DNA from: Adineta vaga
Lineage: Eukaryota; Animalia; Rotifera
DNA length: 64,000 nucleotides
Reading direction: 5' to 3'
Assembly: GCA_021613535.1 (NCBI GenBank)
Contig: CP075494.1
Location: 12,400,001-12,464,000, forward strand
Shown here: positions 60,998 to 64,000 of the stretch, piece by piece
How positions within the stretch are numbered: position 1 is the first letter of the stretch
How the letters are laid out: every line of letters begins with the position of its first letter
Translations under genes and position numbers: made by a program
Notes under the pieces: model-generated
Database searches by the model: none
The model's input: only the letters and a program-made list of their open reading frames with translations
Told to the model about the DNA's origin: nothing

Positions 60998-62047
60998 TTA
61001 AACATAATTAATCTTCATTAATTTAACCTTATCATGAATTGAATAGTTCGTTAAAATACTATCGTATGCAATTGGATGTAAGATATGTTTACCTTGTCGA
61101 AGTAGTGCTACAATATCTGTTTGATTATATTTACTTAAAGTAATATGTAGAAAGTCATGTTTTTGATTAAATGTAGCAATAGCTAGTTTTTCAATATTTG
61201 CGATTGTTCCCATGAGAAATTCTTGAAAACGAAAATCAAGATCTGTTTCTCGATGTAATCTTTTTTTATGAATCAATTGCATGTATCGATAATGATGAAA
61301 TAAAAGACGTCGAGACCAACGAGTTATTGGAGCAAATACTCCAAGCCAGTCAGATTTTGGAAATATATCTGATTCTGTTTTTGGCCATTGTTTCCAGAAC
61401 GATGATTCTGTTCGAACTATATCTACACATAATAGATCAGTTGTTTCTTTAGCATAACTATCAAAGAGATATGTCATATTATGGACATGAACCCATTGCA
61501 CACCATAATTTATTAACCAAGCAGTTGTCAACGAACGACGATGATATAACCAAACAACTGCACGATCCCATGCTGTATATTCAAGACGTGGAAACTTTGT
61601 CATATAACGAACTCCATATGTATCAAGTGTTTCATTAGAAACATGTAGAAATCGATGAGTATACGAACGAAAACTTCGATTCGTATGGGATGAATTAATA
61701 TGATATGGTTGATCGAACATAATATATACATCGACACCAGTACAAAGTAAAGCATGAAAATTTTTCCATAGAAAAGGAACTAGTTGCGGACCGCCAATCA
61801 TAACTGCTAAATGACGACGATTAGAAATATTAAAATGAATATCTGTTGAACATGACAATAGTAAATCATCATCATCAAATAAATCAAAACCATGAATGAA
61901 TTCTTTGTCATCTGCCGTTCCGATTCGGAATTGTTGTAAATTACGATAACAGATTAGAAAAATAAGTATACAAATCAAACTAAGAATATATGGATAATGT
62001 CGATAACGACGTGGAATTGAACGAAATAATATCTGTACTTTAACCAT
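60998..62047 (-). CDS. Type II membrane protein, possibly glycosyltransferase-like
   Basis: Intronless; short basic N-terminus, TM segment ILSLICILIFLICY, luminal domain with TAWDRA, FQEFLMGT and HPI motifs. The function is a guess. Confidence 0.55.
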   Translation of the reverse strand: MVKVQILFRSIPRRYRHYPYILSLICILIFLICYRNLQQFRIGTADDKEFIHGFDLFDDDDLLLSCSTDIHFNISNRRHLAVMIGGPQLVPFLWKNFHALLCTGVDVYIMFDQPYHINSSHTNRSFRSYTHRFLHVSNETLDTYGVRYMTKFPRLEYTAWDRAVVWLYHRRSLTTAWLINYGVQWVHVHNMTYLFDSYAKETTDLLCVDIVRTESSFWKQWPKTESDIFPKSDWLGVFAPITRWSRRLLFHHYRYMQLIHKKRLHRETDLDFRFQEFLMGTIANIEKLAIATFNQKHDFLHITLSKYNQTDIVALLRQGKHILHPIAYDSILTNYSIHDKVKLMKINYV

Positions 62048-62264
62048 TATATATTTCAATGATTACTTACTCGGAATATATCGACACGTGTTTGTCGGTT
62101 CGATATCATAATATTCATTTTTGTACCTTGCCATATTTTTATGTTCTGTAGTATGAATCATCTTCATCAAAAAGCGATAGTTCGCAAATTAGCCTACGTT
62201 TTATTTCTTCTTATATAAAAGTGATCAATATCCAAAAACAAAAAAAACGGATATTTGATGCGAT

Positions 62265-63383
62265 TTAATTTGTTTTTTTCAAACAAACTTCAATTGTAGA
62301 TGTAATATTTTTTAAACCTTCCTTTAATTCTTCTATTGTTGGCCATCCATATCCGATTCGCATGAATTTTTTATCCATTTCAAACCAATGGCCAGGTCCT
62401 ACAAATGTTTTGAATTTGTTATTTAAAACATTATAGAATTCTTCAGGATTAACATCGACTTTTATTCTTGGAAAACAAACAACACCTCCTTGTGGTTCAA
62501 CCCATTCAAGATATTGATTGGATTCATTCATCCATTCTTTAATGATTTGAAATCGTGCTTGGATTTCATTCAAGATTAATGGTAATCGTTCGTTACGTGT
62601 TAACATATATCGATAAGCAATTTCTTCATCGACAACAGAACCACAAATCATAATTTGTTCTTTTGCAGCAAGAAATTTTGTCATCAATTTTTTATCTTGA
62701 CAAATCAACCAACCCATTCGGATTCCTGGAAGACCATACGTTTTTGATAGTGACGAAACGGATACAACATGTGTATCAAGAGATGCAGCAACGGGTAAAA
62801 CATTTGCAAAGGTCATATCACGATATGTTTCATCAACTAGTAAAGTAATTCCTTTGTCTTTCGTTAAGGCAATAAGTTTATCCAGATCTGGACGAGATAT
62901 AACCGTACCAGTTGGGTTATTTGGAACAGTTACACTAAGAAATTTTGTTTCGTTAGGTTTAATTTTACCTTCAATATCATTGACAGATGGTAAAGAAAAT
63001 CCATTTTCGAATTGTAGTTCAAGAAAATCAATATGAGCACCAATAGCACGAGGTGTTTCAATATTAGTAGCATAATTTGGATGTTCAACTAGAATACGAT
63101 CATTTTTACCAAGAAGAGTTGTTGAAACAATGAAGAGAGCAGTTGCTGCACCTGAAGTAAGTAAAACATCTTCTGGTGTAACACCTGCATCCTTAGCAAT
63201 CAATTCACGTAGTTTAAAATGGCCAATATGATCTCCATATGCAATAATAAGTTCTTGCAAATTTAGATTTAAATCACCAAGTTTCATATCTGTTACAGAA
63301 CTTTCAGTCAAATTGAACTTGACATTTTCATAACCCATTTGTTCGGGTGATTCAATTTCAATTGGCATTCGTGCATAATTCAT
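62265..63383 (-). CDS. PLP-dependent aminotransferase class I/II
   Basis: Intronless 372 aa with PNNPTG, LLVDETY and SLSKTYGLPGIRMGW (PLP lysine). Confidence 0.93.
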   Translation of the reverse strand: MNYARMPIEIESPEQMGYENVKFNLTESSVTDMKLGDLNLNLQELIIAYGDHIGHFKLRELIAKDAGVTPEDVLLTSGAATALFIVSTTLLGKNDRILVEHPNYATNIETPRAIGAHIDFLELQFENGFSLPSVNDIEGKIKPNETKFLSVTVPNNPTGTVISRPDLDKLIALTKDKGITLLVDETYRDMTFANVLPVAASLDTHVVSVSSLSKTYGLPGIRMGWLICQDKKLMTKFLAAKEQIMICGSVVDEEIAYRYMLTRNERLPLILNEIQARFQIIKEWMNESNQYLEWVEPQGGVVCFPRIKVDVNPEEFYNVLNNKFKTFVGPGHWFEMDKKFMRIGYGWPTIEELKEGLKNITSTIEVCLKKTN

Positions 63384-64000
63384 CTTTGATGTCGAATAAT
63401 GTTTTACTTCAATCTAAAAAGCAGATAGAATGCCAAAAAACAACTCAACTCAACTTGGTTTTGTTTTTCTACACGTATCTGAAGTTCTATATATAATAAA
63501 GGTTATCATGTTTAAGATAATGTGTTTCACTTTTTACATATGTTGATTATTTGCCATTAGTTTTTCTTTATATCATTTTATTTTCATGATAAGTATATAG
63601 GTAAGCAACAGAAAAGAAAATACTGTCTGTTAACAAATGATATAACAGTTTTGTTTTCACATGTATACGTTTGCAAAAAAGAAAATAGACACGCATAAAT
63701 AAGCACAATAAAACACTAAAATATCTTCCTGTCTTCCATTTCAATCACATAAAACCCAATATATATATGTATATGAAATATAAATAACAATTTTATGTTC
63801 AAGAAAACTCATTTCAAATGAACATAACAGAGTATTAAAAAAAAACAAATCATTATCATACGTTTTCTTTAACTAAAGATGTTTCTCCTTTCTTTTTCGA
63901 GGATTTTTTCGTTTTCTTCGTTTTCACTTGTTTTCCATCTAATACAATAGAATTTTTCAATATTTCATTTGCAAAATAAATCAATACACTTACTCTCAGG

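Overview
AT-rich eukaryotic genomic DNA with very short (~55-65 nt) GT-AG introns. The intron size, the ART-TPR and F-box/LRR families and the intronless foreign-looking enzymes point to a bdelloid rotifer (inference, not verified). The window carries 17 copies of 5S rRNA (16 full, 1 truncated) in four small clusters: three on + (3.6-4.8 kb, 20.3-22.5 kb, 28.8-30.0 kb) and one on - (38.7-39.6 kb). The intervals between the three direct clusters hold only immune-receptor-like genes and decayed DNA: an F-box/LRR gene with one repeat per exon, a spliced TIR-NACHT-HEAT gene with a Cys-rich tail exon, an ADP-ribosyltransferase(ART)-TPR gene, and transposon relics. Conserved animal genes lie outside those intervals: GCKR-like, synaptotagmin-like, CHMP1, Bcl-2 family, Spire-like, a 4-intron histone H2B, NCKAP5-like and SH3BGR. 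Candidate horizontally acquired genes are an NmrA-like reductase, a Gly-rich 1019-aa protein and a PLP aminotransferase. A second ART-TPR gene has 15 near-identical 126-bp repeats that differ by reshuffled small blocks. All calls are by eye from motifs; no database search was run.
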